A stretch of DNA of 54,138 nt from Alphaproteobacteria bacterium (lineage in GTDB: Bacteria > Pseudomonadota > Alphaproteobacteria > CAAHEQ01 > UBA3637): contig JAZSGT010000045.1 of NCBI GenBank assembly GCA_045532865.1, positions 1 through 54,138 of the forward strand, read 5' to 3'. Position numbers and translations under genes: made by a program. Below the pieces are notes generated by a model. It did not search any database, was not told the origin of the DNA, and saw nothing but the letters and a program-made list of their open reading frames with translations. Below, one piece after another: positions 38,855-47,772 of the stretch; positions within the stretch are counted from its first letter, which is position 1; each line of letters starts with the position of its first letter.

Positions 38855-40033
38855 TTAATCTACAAAAATATCTCTTTTATTATAAGAGTCTTTTTTTTCT
38901 TCTTCAGCAATAAAAGTATCCAAATCAACTTTTGCCCCTCTTAATGAAGCAACTGTTTGCCCTCTTTTATCCATCAAAAGACCTAAATTTTTAATCATTT
39001 TAAGAACAATATCAGGACCTTTATATAAAAGAACAGAGTTTAATTGAACACAAGAAGCCCCCATTTCAATCGCCTCATACGCATCTTGTGCTGAAAAAAT
39101 ACCCCCAGCAGCCACAATATCCATACGACCTCTTGTTTCTAAATAGAAGCGTTTAACAAGTGCAAGCACATCTTTTTTAAGTGGTACACCCGTAATAAAA
39201 GAATCATCTGCAAACATATTACGTTTTTTACGTTTAAATAATGAACGCATTTGACGGGCTGCATCAGCAGGACCAGCCACAATAATTGCATCAACGCCTG
39301 CTTTTTGACAAGTGCTTGAAATCAACTTAACTTCAAGATCACTTAAATCATAAGGAACTTTAACCGTCAATTTCGGTGGCGCCAAAGGCGCAGATAAGTA
39401 AAGAGCCCCTTTAATATCCAACAAAATTGGCAACAATGTTGTTTCATCAGACAACATTTGCGCCAATGACATACTTGGATGTGACAAGTTTACAGAAACA
39501 TAATCAACATATGGCGCCACACGTGAAGCCATTTGATGATAATCGTTTCCATACCCATAAATTGCTGTTGCTGAAGATTTAAATTCTTCCCCCCCAGAGC
39601 CAAACGAAATCAAACTAGCACCAACAAGTGTTGGCAAATGACGGCGTCCAGCCAAAATTTGAACACCCTTTCCAATCCCTGGATTAGGCGTTGCAGAAGC
39701 ATGCGTGTGAATTGCTTTATGAGAAAGTAAAAATGTGCTTTTTTCTTTAGAAGAATCTGCAAGCAAGGTAAAAGAACCTAATTCACCAAAAGTAATCCCC
39801 AATGGGGCCAATAAATCAAAATAACGCCCATTTCTATCAAAATCAGAACTTAAACCAAATGGTGTAGACAGCGTTTTACCCAAAAACTTTGTCTTTAACT
39901 TAGGGCTAATCCGTTTAAGAGGGAAAAATATCTGGCTTTTTAAACCAATCAACACAATCTTTTTAGCCAATCGAGGACCCCCGATATGTTTTGACATATA
40001 CATCAAAAAATAAAACACAAAGCGATAAAACAT
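38855..40033 (-). CDS. Class 2 dihydroorotate dehydrogenase-like FMN protein (highly divergent)
   Basis: P.GL...FD.NG, ELGS.T, VN.S.P, VK...DL and GGIFSA.DAYE.I..GAS.VQL...L.YKGP; start moved to the ATG at 40033. Confidence 0.8.
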   Translation of the reverse strand: MFYRFVFYFLMYMSKHIGGPRLAKKIVLIGLKSQIFFPLKRISPKLKTKFLGKTLSTPFGLSSDFDRNGRYFDLLAPLGITFGELGSFTLLADSSKEKSTFLLSHKAIHTHASATPNPGIGKGVQILAGRRHLPTLVGASLISFGSGGEEFKSSATAIYGYGNDYHQMASRVAPYVDYVSVNLSHPSMSLAQMLSDETTLLPILLDIKGALYLSAPLAPPKLTVKVPYDLSDLEVKLISSTCQKAGVDAIIVAGPADAARQMRSLFKRKKRNMFADDSFITGVPLKKDVLALVKRFYLETRGRMDIVAAGGIFSAQDAYEAIEMGASCVQLNSVLLYKGPDIVLKMIKNLGLLMDKRGQTVASLRGAKVDLDTFIAEEEKKDSYNKRDIFVD

Positions 40034-40128
40034 ACTTTCCCCTATTTTAAAATTAAATCTTTTTCCACTATACAAAAATAAAAACATTTTCGCAAGAAAG
40101 TTTTTACATTAATTTTATTTTTTTTAAC

Positions 40129-40157
40129 TTGATTTTTTTGTAAAATAAGAATATAAT
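40129..40157 (+). promoter_or_regulatory. Sigma70 promoter of the rpoZ-spoT-acpS operon
   Basis: TTGATT-17 bp-TATAAT. Confidence 0.6.
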
Positions 40158-40199
40158 TCCAGCATATATGTTTTTTTATTTTAAGAAAGGAAAATTTCA

Positions 40200-40559
40200 A
40201 TGGCTCGCGTGACCGTAGAAGATTGTGTCAACAAAATTCCAAACCGTTTCGATTTAATTTTAACAGCAGCTAGCCGTGCCAAATCATTAGATGCTGGAGC
40301 TCCTTTAACAGTGAGCAGAGATAACGATAAAAACACTGTTATCGCTTTAAGAGAAATTGAAGAAGAAACAATCAATATTGAGCAACAAAAAGACAATATG
40401 ATTTCTTCACTCCAACACTACGCTCGCCCACAAATTCAATCTGTTCAAAAAGAAGATGAACAAGACATTCAAGCAGAACTCACCTCTTCACTTTACACAG
40501 ATACAGAATTTGAAGAATCAGATTCATTCCAAGTTTTTGACGATATCAATAACGCTTAA
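40200..40559 (+). CDS. rpoZ: RNA polymerase omega subunit
   Basis: MARVTVEDC...NRFDL...RA...[13 protein letters not shown], alphaproteobacterial type. Confidence 0.98.
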   Translation: MARVTVEDCVNKIPNRFDLILTAASRAKSLDAGAPLTVSRDNDKNTVIALREIEEETINIEQQKDNMISSLQHYARPQIQSVQKEDEQDIQAELTSSLYTDTEFEESDSFQVFDDINNA

Positions 40560-40582
40560 TCTTATATCAAAGGGGTCGCCCT

Positions 40583-42736
40583 ATGCGCCAATACGAACTG
40601 GTGGAAAAAGTCAAATCCTATGACCCAGTCGCTGATGAAGAAGCACTGAACAGAGCCTACGTATTCGCAATGAAAATGCACGCAGCACAAAAGCGTGAAT
40701 CAGGCGACCCTTATTTTTCTCACCCTCTTGAAGTTGCTGAAATCTTAATTAATTATCGCATGGATTGTGCGACAATTATTGCAGCACTTTTGCATGATAC
40801 AGTGGAAGATACGGCCGCTTCTTATGAAGATTTAAAAGAACTTTTTGGTCAAACAGTTGCCGACCTTGTCAGAGGGATGACAAAATTAAGCAAATTAGAA
40901 ATCACACCAGAAGCATCTAAACAAGCTCAAAATTTTCAAAAACTTGTTCTTGCAATTAGCGAAGACATTCGTGTTTTACTTATCAAATTGGCTGACCGTT
41001 TGCACAATATGCGCTCTTTGCACATTCGTGCTGAAGAAAAGCGCATTCGTATTGCAAAAGAAACGCTTGAAATTTATGTTCCTCTGGCTGAACGCATGGG
41101 GATGCAAGCCCTCAAAGATGAGTTAGAAGATTATTGTTTCTTCAACCTTTATCCAGATGCCCACAAAACCATTGAATCACGCTTGCGTTTTTTAAGCGAA
41201 ACAGGCAAAAATGACGTTCAAACCGTTGTTGACCAACTTAAAAAAGATTTAGCTGAACACGATATCCCAGCACAAGTGAAAGGTCGTGAAAAACGCCCTT
41301 ATTCCATTTGGCACAAAATGCAAAAGAAAAACATTCCTTTTGAACAAGTTTGTGATATTATTGCATTCAGAATTGTTGTTGATAATATTGAAGATTGCTA
41401 CAAAGCGCTTGGTGTTATTCACACAAAATACCCCATGATTGGTGGCAGATACAAAGATTATATCTCCACGCCCAAACAAAATGGATATCGCTCTTTACAC
41501 ACTGGGGTTATTGGCCCATTGAACAGGCGTATTGAAGTTCAAATCAGATCTAAAGATATGGACAAGGTGGCAGAACTTGGTGTGGCAGCTCATTGGGAAT
41601 ATAAACAAGGCGCCACAAAAGAAGGGACACAATATCGTTGGCTTCGTGATTTGCTTGACTTAATGAACAGATGCGCTGACCCAAATGACTTTTTAGAACA
41701 TACAAAGATTGCCCTTTATCAAGACCAAGTTTTTTGTTTCTCTCCAAAGGGCGATTTAATCACCCTTCCCCAAGGAGCAACAGCCATTGACTTTGCTTAT
41801 GCAGTTCACTCTCGCGTGGGAGACACTTGTGTTGGCGTCAAAATTAATGGCAAAATCACCCCTCTTCGAACAGAACTTAAAAATGGTGATCAAGTAGAGG
41901 TTCTCACAAACAAAAATCAAACCCCTTCACCTGAATGGGAACACATTGCTGTTACAGCTAAAGCAAAAGCAAGCATCAGAAGGTTTATTCGTGCTGAACA
42001 GTATGAAAAAAACATTCAAAATGCACGCAATATGTTTTTAAATGAAACAAAGTATTACGGGCTTTCTTTTAATGACAAAGAACTACAACCTCTTGTTCAA
42101 AAATACAAATCTTTCTTAAAAGCTGGCCAAGAGCAAGTAGATGACTTGTTAGCAGCCATTGGAGCTGGTGTTGTTTCATTTAAAGATGTGTTCCATGAAT
42201 TACATCCAGAATGTTCCAAATCCACACTTAAAAAAGCACTTTCTTTATTCAAGAAAAAAGAACAAAAACCAGATGATTCAAGCAAAAACATGCCCATTAT
42301 CGGGCTAATTACTGGGCTTTCTTTCAACTTTGCAAAGTGTTGTCACCCAATTCCAGGAGACAGCATTGTTGGCATCATCACAACAGGTAAAGGAGTCACC
42401 ATTCATACTGTTGATTGCCAACATTTAAATCAATATCAAGACGAGCCTGAAAGATGGCTTCCTGTTGAATGGAACAGTACCATGTTGCAAAACAAAATTT
42501 TACCAGCTAGAATTTGTTTAGAAGTTGAAGACAAACCCTCTGTTTTAAGTGAAATAACCACCATCACAGCCAAACAAAACATTTCCGTTACAAATTTAAA
42601 AATTCAAAATCGCAAAAATGGCCTCAGCGAAATCATTCTTGAAGTTGAAGTTAAGGATAGTGGTTGTCTTGACTTATTATTGCAATCTTTTAGATCTTGT
42701 CCATTTGTTTCCAATGTTCACCGTTTAAAATTTTAA
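40583..42736 (+). CDS. spoT: Bifunctional (p)ppGpp synthetase/hydrolase (RelA/SpoT homologue)
   Basis: HD hydrolase LLHDTVED, synthetase KDYI..PK.NGYRSLHT, TGS DFAYAVH, AKCC.P.PGD and ACT domain. Confidence 0.97.
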   Translation: MRQYELVEKVKSYDPVADEEALNRAYVFAMKMHAAQKRESGDPYFSHPLEVAEILINYRMDCATIIAALLHDTVEDTAASYEDLKELFGQTVADLVRGMTKLSKLEITPEASKQAQNFQKLVLAISEDIRVLLIKLADRLHNMRSLHIRAEEKRIRIAKETLEIYVPLAERMGMQALKDELEDYCFFNLYPDAHKTIESRLRFLSETGKNDVQTVVDQLKKDLAEHDIPAQVKGREKRPYSIWHKMQKKNIPFEQVCDIIAFRIVVDNIEDCYKALGVIHTKYPMIGGRYKDYISTPKQNGYRSLHTGVIGPLNRRIEVQIRSKDMDKVAELGVAAHWEYKQGATKEGTQYRWLRDLLDLMNRCADPNDFLEHTKIALYQDQVFCFSPKGDLITLPQGATAIDFAYAVHSRVGDTCVGVKINGKITPLRTELKNGDQVEVLTNKNQTPSPEWEHIAVTAKAKASIRRFIRAEQYEKNIQNARNMFLNETKYYGLSFNDKELQPLVQKYKSFLKAGQEQVDDLLAAIGAGVVSFKDVFHELHPECSKSTLKKALSLFKKKEQKPDDSSKNMPIIGLITGLSFNFAKCCHPIPGDSIVGIITTGKGVTIHTVDCQHLNQYQDEPERWLPVEWNSTMLQNKILPARICLEVEDKPSVLSEITTITAKQNISVTNLKIQNRKNGLSEIILEVEVKDSGCLDLLLQSFRSCPFVSNVHRLKF

Positions 42737-42751
42737 GAAAAGAGACATAAC

Positions 42752-43147
42752 ATGATTTTAGGCATCGGGACAGATTTGGTTCAAATTTCACGCATTGAAG
42801 AAATGCTCAAAACATTCGGCTCTAGTTTTGAAGACAAGGTTTTTACATCACATGAACAGCAAAAAGCAGCCACCCTTCCTCAAAATAAAAAAGCCTCTTT
42901 TTATGCCAAACGTTTTGCTGCAAAAGAAGCTTTTTCAAAAGCACTCGGTTCAGGTATTGGTATCAGTGCCTTTTTTAAAGATATTGAAGTTCAAAATAAT
43001 GAAAAAGGAGCCCCCTTTTTATCCATTCATGGCAGAGCAAAAGAAACACTTCAAAAAAAAGCAATGGGGAAACAGATACAAACACACATTTCTCTTTCAG
43101 ATGAAAAATCATTTGCCAGTGCATTTGTGGTAATTGAGGTTTTATAA
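42752..43147 (+). CDS. acpS: Holo-[acyl-carrier-protein] synthase
   Basis: GIGTDLV, KRFAAKEAFSKALG.G and HISLSDE. Confidence 0.97.
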   Translation: MILGIGTDLVQISRIEEMLKTFGSSFEDKVFTSHEQQKAATLPQNKKASFYAKRFAAKEAFSKALGSGIGISAFFKDIEVQNNEKGAPFLSIHGRAKETLQKKAMGKQIQTHISLSDEKSFASAFVVIEVL

Positions 43148-43258
43148 AAAAACAAAACACGTTTAATCATGAACACATATTAATTTATCTTGATTTTATT
43201 TCAGAACAACCGTATACTTCTTTTTTGAACAAAAGAGAGTTAAAACAAAGGATTATTT

Positions 43259-43906
43259 ATGCAAAAGACACTTGTTATTTGGGATTGGGATAACACACTT
43301 TGCAACACAAAAGATGCTGTTTTAAAAGGATTAAATGACACCATTGAACATTTTAACAGCACGCCTGTTGAAGAAGGAGAAGTCATCAATGTAATGACAC
43401 GCCACAGAGGCGCTTTTTGGACAAAGAGGTTCCCTCTTGAAAAAATAGATGAGCGACCCTCTTTACCTGAAGCAATTGAATATTATGTTTCTTGTTATCA
43501 AAAATATTCTAATGAAACATCTCTTTTTGAGGATGCTAAAGCCACTCTTTCTTTTTTAAAACAATGCCAAATTCCACAAGTTATTTTAAGCAACAAAAAT
43601 CACGATGCTCTTGTAAAAGAAGTCAAAGACAAAGGTGTATTTGACTATTTTGAAATTGTAAAAGGCACACAAGGACCTCTTGGCAAGCCAGACAAAGAGT
43701 TTGCTGCTGATATTATTGACCAATTAAAACCAGATAAAATCATTTTTATTGGAGATGGTCATTCTGATATGCTCATGGCAAAAAATATTGGTGCAATTCC
43801 CATTTTGGTTCACAACTTAGATATTGAGCTTCCTTATGATTATTTTTGCTCCACTTTGTTCGAAACGGGCATCGTTCTAACATGGCTTTTAAAAGATAAT
43901 CAATAG
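43259..43906 (+). CDS. HAD-family hydrolase
   Basis: WDWDNTL (I), LSNK (II), KP (III) and IGDGHSD (IV). Confidence 0.9.
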   Translation: MQKTLVIWDWDNTLCNTKDAVLKGLNDTIEHFNSTPVEEGEVINVMTRHRGAFWTKRFPLEKIDERPSLPEAIEYYVSCYQKYSNETSLFEDAKATLSFLKQCQIPQVILSNKNHDALVKEVKDKGVFDYFEIVKGTQGPLGKPDKEFAADIIDQLKPDKIIFIGDGHSDMLMAKNIGAIPILVHNLDIELPYDYFCSTLFETGIVLTWLLKDNQ

Positions 43907-43918
43907 GAGACAAAGTAA

Positions 43919-45319
43919 ATGAAACGCGTTGAATGGGGTTCTAACCTTGGCTTTATTTTAGCAACAGCAGGGTCTGCCATTGGCTTAGGTAATGTTTGGC
44001 GTTTTCCTTATTTAGCCGGTCAAAATGGAGGTGGAAGTTTTTTACTTCTTTATTTAATCTCCGTTTTTGCTTTAGGTTACTTTTTACTTCTTGCCAAGCT
44101 TGCTTTTGGCCGTTTAGCCCATACAAACCTCATTGATGGTTTTAAAGTCGTCGCAAAAAAAGGAGGGAAAAACATCTCTCAAAACTATGGGCGTTTTGCC
44201 GGTTTTTTCACTATGTTCAACACTCTTTTAGTTGGAAGCATTTATTTAGTTGTAATTGGGTGGACCTTATTTTATTGTTATGATAGCTTATTGCACCTTT
44301 TTTCCATAAAAGATAGTGGCCCAAACAAAGAATTATTTGAAACATTAACCACCTCCTTTTCTGGTCAATTATTTTGGGGGAGTTTATGTGCTCTTATTTC
44401 ATGCCTTGTTCTTGCAAAAGGTGTTAAACAGGGGATTGAAAAAATGTCTTTATACCTCATGCCAATTCTTTTTTTCATTCTCATTTTCATGATGATTCGC
44501 GTGATGTTTATCCCAAATGCAATTGAAGGGGTTAAATTCTTTTTAACCCCCAACTTAAAAACACTGGGCTTTTTAGAAACAGGTTTTTCTTTCAAAACAT
44601 TTGCTGATTTATTTTTAAAAGCGTTAGGGCAAGCTATTTATTCCTTATCCATGGGTTTAGGCGTTATTTTTGTTTACGGCTCCTACCTATCACCCAAGCA
44701 AAACCTGTTAAAATCAACCAAAAGCATTGTATTATTAGACACCTTGGTTGCATTTATTGCAGGATTAATCATTATACCAGCTGTTTTTGCATTTAACTTA
44801 GAATCAAATGCTGGCCCCACACTGACATTTATCACCCTACCTCTTGTGTTTAGCCAAATTACAGGTGGTACTTTCTTCATGTTCCTGTTCTTTGTATTAT
44901 TATTCATTGCCGCCCTCACTTCTTTGATTTCAATTTATGAACCCCCTGTGAACTTATTGATTGAAAAAACAAAAATCAACAGAATAAGCGCTGTTATTTT
45001 AATTGGGACAGTGAATATTTTTGGCACCATTTTAGTCCTTCTTTCTTTTACTAAAATTGTTGATATACAAATTGCTAATCAAGATTTATTCAACTTTTTT
45101 GACATGCTCACAGGCACCTTCACAATGACATTTATGGTCTTGTTCATTTCATTGTTTATGGGATGGGTTATCTCAACCATTTTGGTTAAAAACCTAACTT
45201 CACATGAAAAACAAGTTTCAAAATTTTTCAAAAGATATCTGCGCTTTACACTCAGATTCACAGCCCCTCTTGTGTTAATTTTATTACTCATCAATGGCGT
45301 AATAAGTTTGATGGAATAA
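43919..45319 (+). CDS. Sodium-dependent transporter, NSS/SNF family
   Basis: R..W.S..GFILA.AGSAIGLGNVWRFPY..G.NGGG signature. Confidence 0.97.
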   Translation: MKRVEWGSNLGFILATAGSAIGLGNVWRFPYLAGQNGGGSFLLLYLISVFALGYFLLLAKLAFGRLAHTNLIDGFKVVAKKGGKNISQNYGRFAGFFTMFNTLLVGSIYLVVIGWTLFYCYDSLLHLFSIKDSGPNKELFETLTTSFSGQLFWGSLCALISCLVLAKGVKQGIEKMSLYLMPILFFILIFMMIRVMFIPNAIEGVKFFLTPNLKTLGFLETGFSFKTFADLFLKALGQAIYSLSMGLGVIFVYGSYLSPKQNLLKSTKSIVLLDTLVAFIAGLIIIPAVFAFNLESNAGPTLTFITLPLVFSQITGGTFFMFLFFVLLFIAALTSLISIYEPPVNLLIEKTKINRISAVILIGTVNIFGTILVLLSFTKIVDIQIANQDLFNFFDMLTGTFTMTFMVLFISLFMGWVISTILVKNLTSHEKQVSKFFKRYLRFTLRFTAPLVLILLLINGVISLME

Positions 45320-45360
45320 AAGAATTTTCACTAAAAAAACAAAACCTCATTATATCATCA

Positions 45361-45391
45361 AAAAAAATCCCCTTTTTAGGGGATATTTTTT
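45361..45391. terminator. Bidirectional terminator between convergent genes
   Basis: aaaaaaatcccct-tttt-aggggatattttt. Confidence 0.65.
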
Positions 45392-45406
45392 TGTTATAAA
45401 ACTGGC

Positions 45407-46696
45407 TCACTCTTGATTTGGATTATTAACAATCCCAACAAACAAACCATCATCTAACATAAAAATAAAAGGTCTGTCAGCTTTAAAAATAAAATATGGG
45501 TCTTTTCGTTTCAACTCTGGCAGATAAAATGAATTTTTCATCCCAAAAACGGTTGCAGCAGCAGCTTCTGTTCCTTTTTCATCAACTGAAATAATACTTT
45601 TATGCGCCACCTCAACAAGCGTAGCACCCTCTTTTGTTCCCCTAAAAGCACCCGTTTCAAAAATAGGTTTCAACCCCATATTTTTAAGTGTTTGAACCAA
45701 ATTATCCGGTTGATAGGCCAACTTAAACTTTGGCAAATAGATTTTAACAGGCATATTCTCCAAAAAGTTCAAATAAAAATCTTGCACCATTAATTGTTCA
45801 ACAAAATCAGACCAAACAACATGTTCTTTTGGCAAAATAAATGTCATGGCATGATTTGATTTTTCATACTCCCAACCATTTTCTTTTTTCCTTTTATAAG
45901 GCAAACGAATAGCTTGCATTTTATCATCTTCATAATAATCAACATATTTTTTATTAAACATCATGTCTACATCAATATTGCCTGAAAAAGACTTAAAAAG
46001 CGCTTTATGCGTTTCATAAGCTTGAAATTCATTAAACCATTCAGCTTTGAAATAAATAGCATTTACCAAAAACAAATCATTTGAAAAAGTTGGTTTTTCT
46101 GTCAGCATGTTTGAAATTTTACCCTCTGTGCTTTCTTCAATCCACTGATTAATCGTTTTTGTGTTCTGTGGCAAAGGCTTTGCTTCAGCTTTTAAATATT
46201 TTTGTACATTTTGAATATATTCTGATAAAAACGAATTTCCCCAAATACTGTTCACAATTCGGACTTGATCATCCGACAACACGTTTTCATTAAATTTGAT
46301 ATGAAACAGCGCTTTACCATTTGGGAGCAATTCTTTTGAATTTTCTTTCTTTATGGATAATATCCCCCCTCTTTTTGGATAAGTCATCACACCCATTAAC
46401 GCATCCCCATTCAATCCATATCCAAACAAGGCTAATGCTTGGTAAAGAGACATCGGCGAAATAACCAAATTTTCAGTTTTTGATTTTGTCAGTTCTTGCT
46501 TTAACCACTGTGTTTGAAAATGCAAAATATCTGCCGATGTTGGCTGATACACATTTACCTCTTTTGGGGATCGCTCCATCTGCACATCTCCTTGTTTTTT
46601 ATCCTCATTTGACAAAGCTTTCAAACCAGCCGTCAAATCACTACTTAAAACAACAGATAAAAACAAAACAACACTCGACAATAATATTTTTTTCAT
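45407..46696 (-). CDS. Secreted serpin (serine protease inhibitor)
   Basis: Signal peptide; NLVISP.S, LVNAIYFKAEW, LPKFK, VDEKGTEAAAAT hinge and FKADRPF; AGGAGG RBS before the ATG at 46696. Confidence 0.95.
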   Translation of the reverse strand: MKKILLSSVVLFLSVVLSSDLTAGLKALSNEDKKQGDVQMERSPKEVNVYQPTSADILHFQTQWLKQELTKSKTENLVISPMSLYQALALFGYGLNGDALMGVMTYPKRGGILSIKKENSKELLPNGKALFHIKFNENVLSDDQVRIVNSIWGNSFLSEYIQNVQKYLKAEAKPLPQNTKTINQWIEESTEGKISNMLTEKPTFSNDLFLVNAIYFKAEWFNEFQAYETHKALFKSFSGNIDVDMMFNKKYVDYYEDDKMQAIRLPYKRKKENGWEYEKSNHAMTFILPKEHVVWSDFVEQLMVQDFYLNFLENMPVKIYLPKFKLAYQPDNLVQTLKNMGLKPIFETGAFRGTKEGATLVEVAHKSIISVDEKGTEAAAATVFGMKNSFYLPELKRKDPYFIFKADRPFIFMLDDGLFVGIVNNPNQE

Positions 46697-46871
46697 CAAT
46701 CAACCTCCTTAAAAGCATGGATTATAAACTAACATACAACAAAACAATGTGTCAACTTTCAATGAACTAAAAAAAACATTATCCAAACCCAAAAACACCC
46801 TAGCATTTTCTCTTATTTAACACATAAATTGCAGCAAATCATGCAAACCTTGCAACGTTCGATACCATAAC

Positions 46872-46910
46872 AAAAAAAACACTCTCAATAAAAACATGAG
46901 AGTGTTTTTT
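46872..46910 (-). terminator. Terminator of rplU-rpmA
   Basis: aaaaaaaacactctca...tgagagtgtttttt. Confidence 0.75.
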
Positions 46911-46931
46911 ATTTGATACTGTTTAAAAAGA

Positions 46932-47189
46932 TTATTCAGCGTCTACAACTGAAACATAAACTCTATCTTTGAATGAATGTTTGAATTGGACAACACCATC
47001 TGCTGTTGCAAACAAAGTGTGATCTTTACCCATACCAACATTGTCACCTGGACGATAAACTGTACCACGTTGACGAACGATGATGTTACCAGCAATCACA
47101 GATTGACCACCAGATTTTTTCAAACCCAAACGTCTACCTTCTGAGTCACGACCGTTTCTAGTACTACCGCCTGCTTTCTTATGTGCCAT
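46932..47189 (-). CDS. rpmA: 50S ribosomal protein L27
   Basis: [16 protein letters not shown]...[10 protein letters not shown]. Confidence 0.99.
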   Translation of the reverse strand: MAHKKAGGSTRNGRDSEGRRLGLKKSGGQSVIAGNIIVRQRGTVYRPGDNVGMGKDHTLFATADGVVQFKHSFKDRVYVSVVDAE

Positions 47190-47208
47190 TTGTTCTCTCC
47201 TTTAACTC

Positions 47209-47508
47209 TTAAGCTTTAACGTCTGTAATTTTAACGACTGTTAAATCTTGTTTATGACCTTTTTTACGTCTATAACCATGACGGCGAATCTTTTTGAAAA
47301 TGATAACCTTTTCACCACGTGTTTGTTTTACGATTTCACCACTAACAGTTGCACCTTCAACAAATGGTGTACCAACTTTATCACCAGCCATCAACACTTC
47401 GTTGAATGAAACAGCTGAACCTGCTTCACCAGCCAATTTTTCTACAACAATAACAGAATCTTTAGCAACTTTATATTGTTTTCCGCCTGTTTTAATTACT
47501 GCAAACAT
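47209..47508 (-). CDS. rplU: 50S ribosomal protein L21
   Basis: [14 protein letters not shown]...KVIIFKK.RR...GHKQ. Confidence 0.99.
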   Translation of the reverse strand: MFAVIKTGGKQYKVAKDSVIVVEKLAGEAGSAVSFNEVLMAGDKVGTPFVEGATVSGEIVKQTRGEKVIIFKKIRRHGYRRKKGHKQDLTVVKITDVKA

Positions 47509-47544
47509 TTTAATATCCCTTTACTTTCACAAAATAGGATTGAA

Positions 47545-47573
47545 TTTATACACTCTTTTTATAATTTTGTCAA
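47545..47573 (-). promoter_or_regulatory. Sigma70 promoter of rplU-rpmA
   Basis: TTGACA-17 bp-TATAAA on the minus strand. Confidence 0.65.
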
Positions 47574-47670
47574 GAACAAAATTAAATGAAGAGGCATTTT
47601 CCCAAACCACAGCGAATAAGTTCCCCTATTCACCAACCAAAAACGGGCATTCTACCCGACATTTTGAGGT

Positions 47671-47699
47671 ATTATATTCTTTTTATTTTAAAAAAGCAA
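47671..47699 (-). promoter_or_regulatory. Second, upstream sigma70-like promoter
   Basis: TTGCTT-17 bp-TATAAT on the minus strand. Confidence 0.5.
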
Positions 47700-47772
47700 G
47701 CAAAAAATTAATTTTTAAATATTTATTATAAACACCTTGCATTCAAAATAAAAAAAGGCTATTTTTTTTGTT

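Noticed and set aside
47585..47665. tRNA or SRP RNA upstream of rplU
   Set aside because: No cloverleaf or T-loop motif, and no SRP helix-8 internal-loop consensus; kept only as an unclassified RNA candidate.
47294..47731. 145 aa ORF antisense to rplU, and the other short shadow ORFs in the track
   Set aside because: They overlap well-supported genes on the opposite strand or in another frame and show no protein-like motifs.
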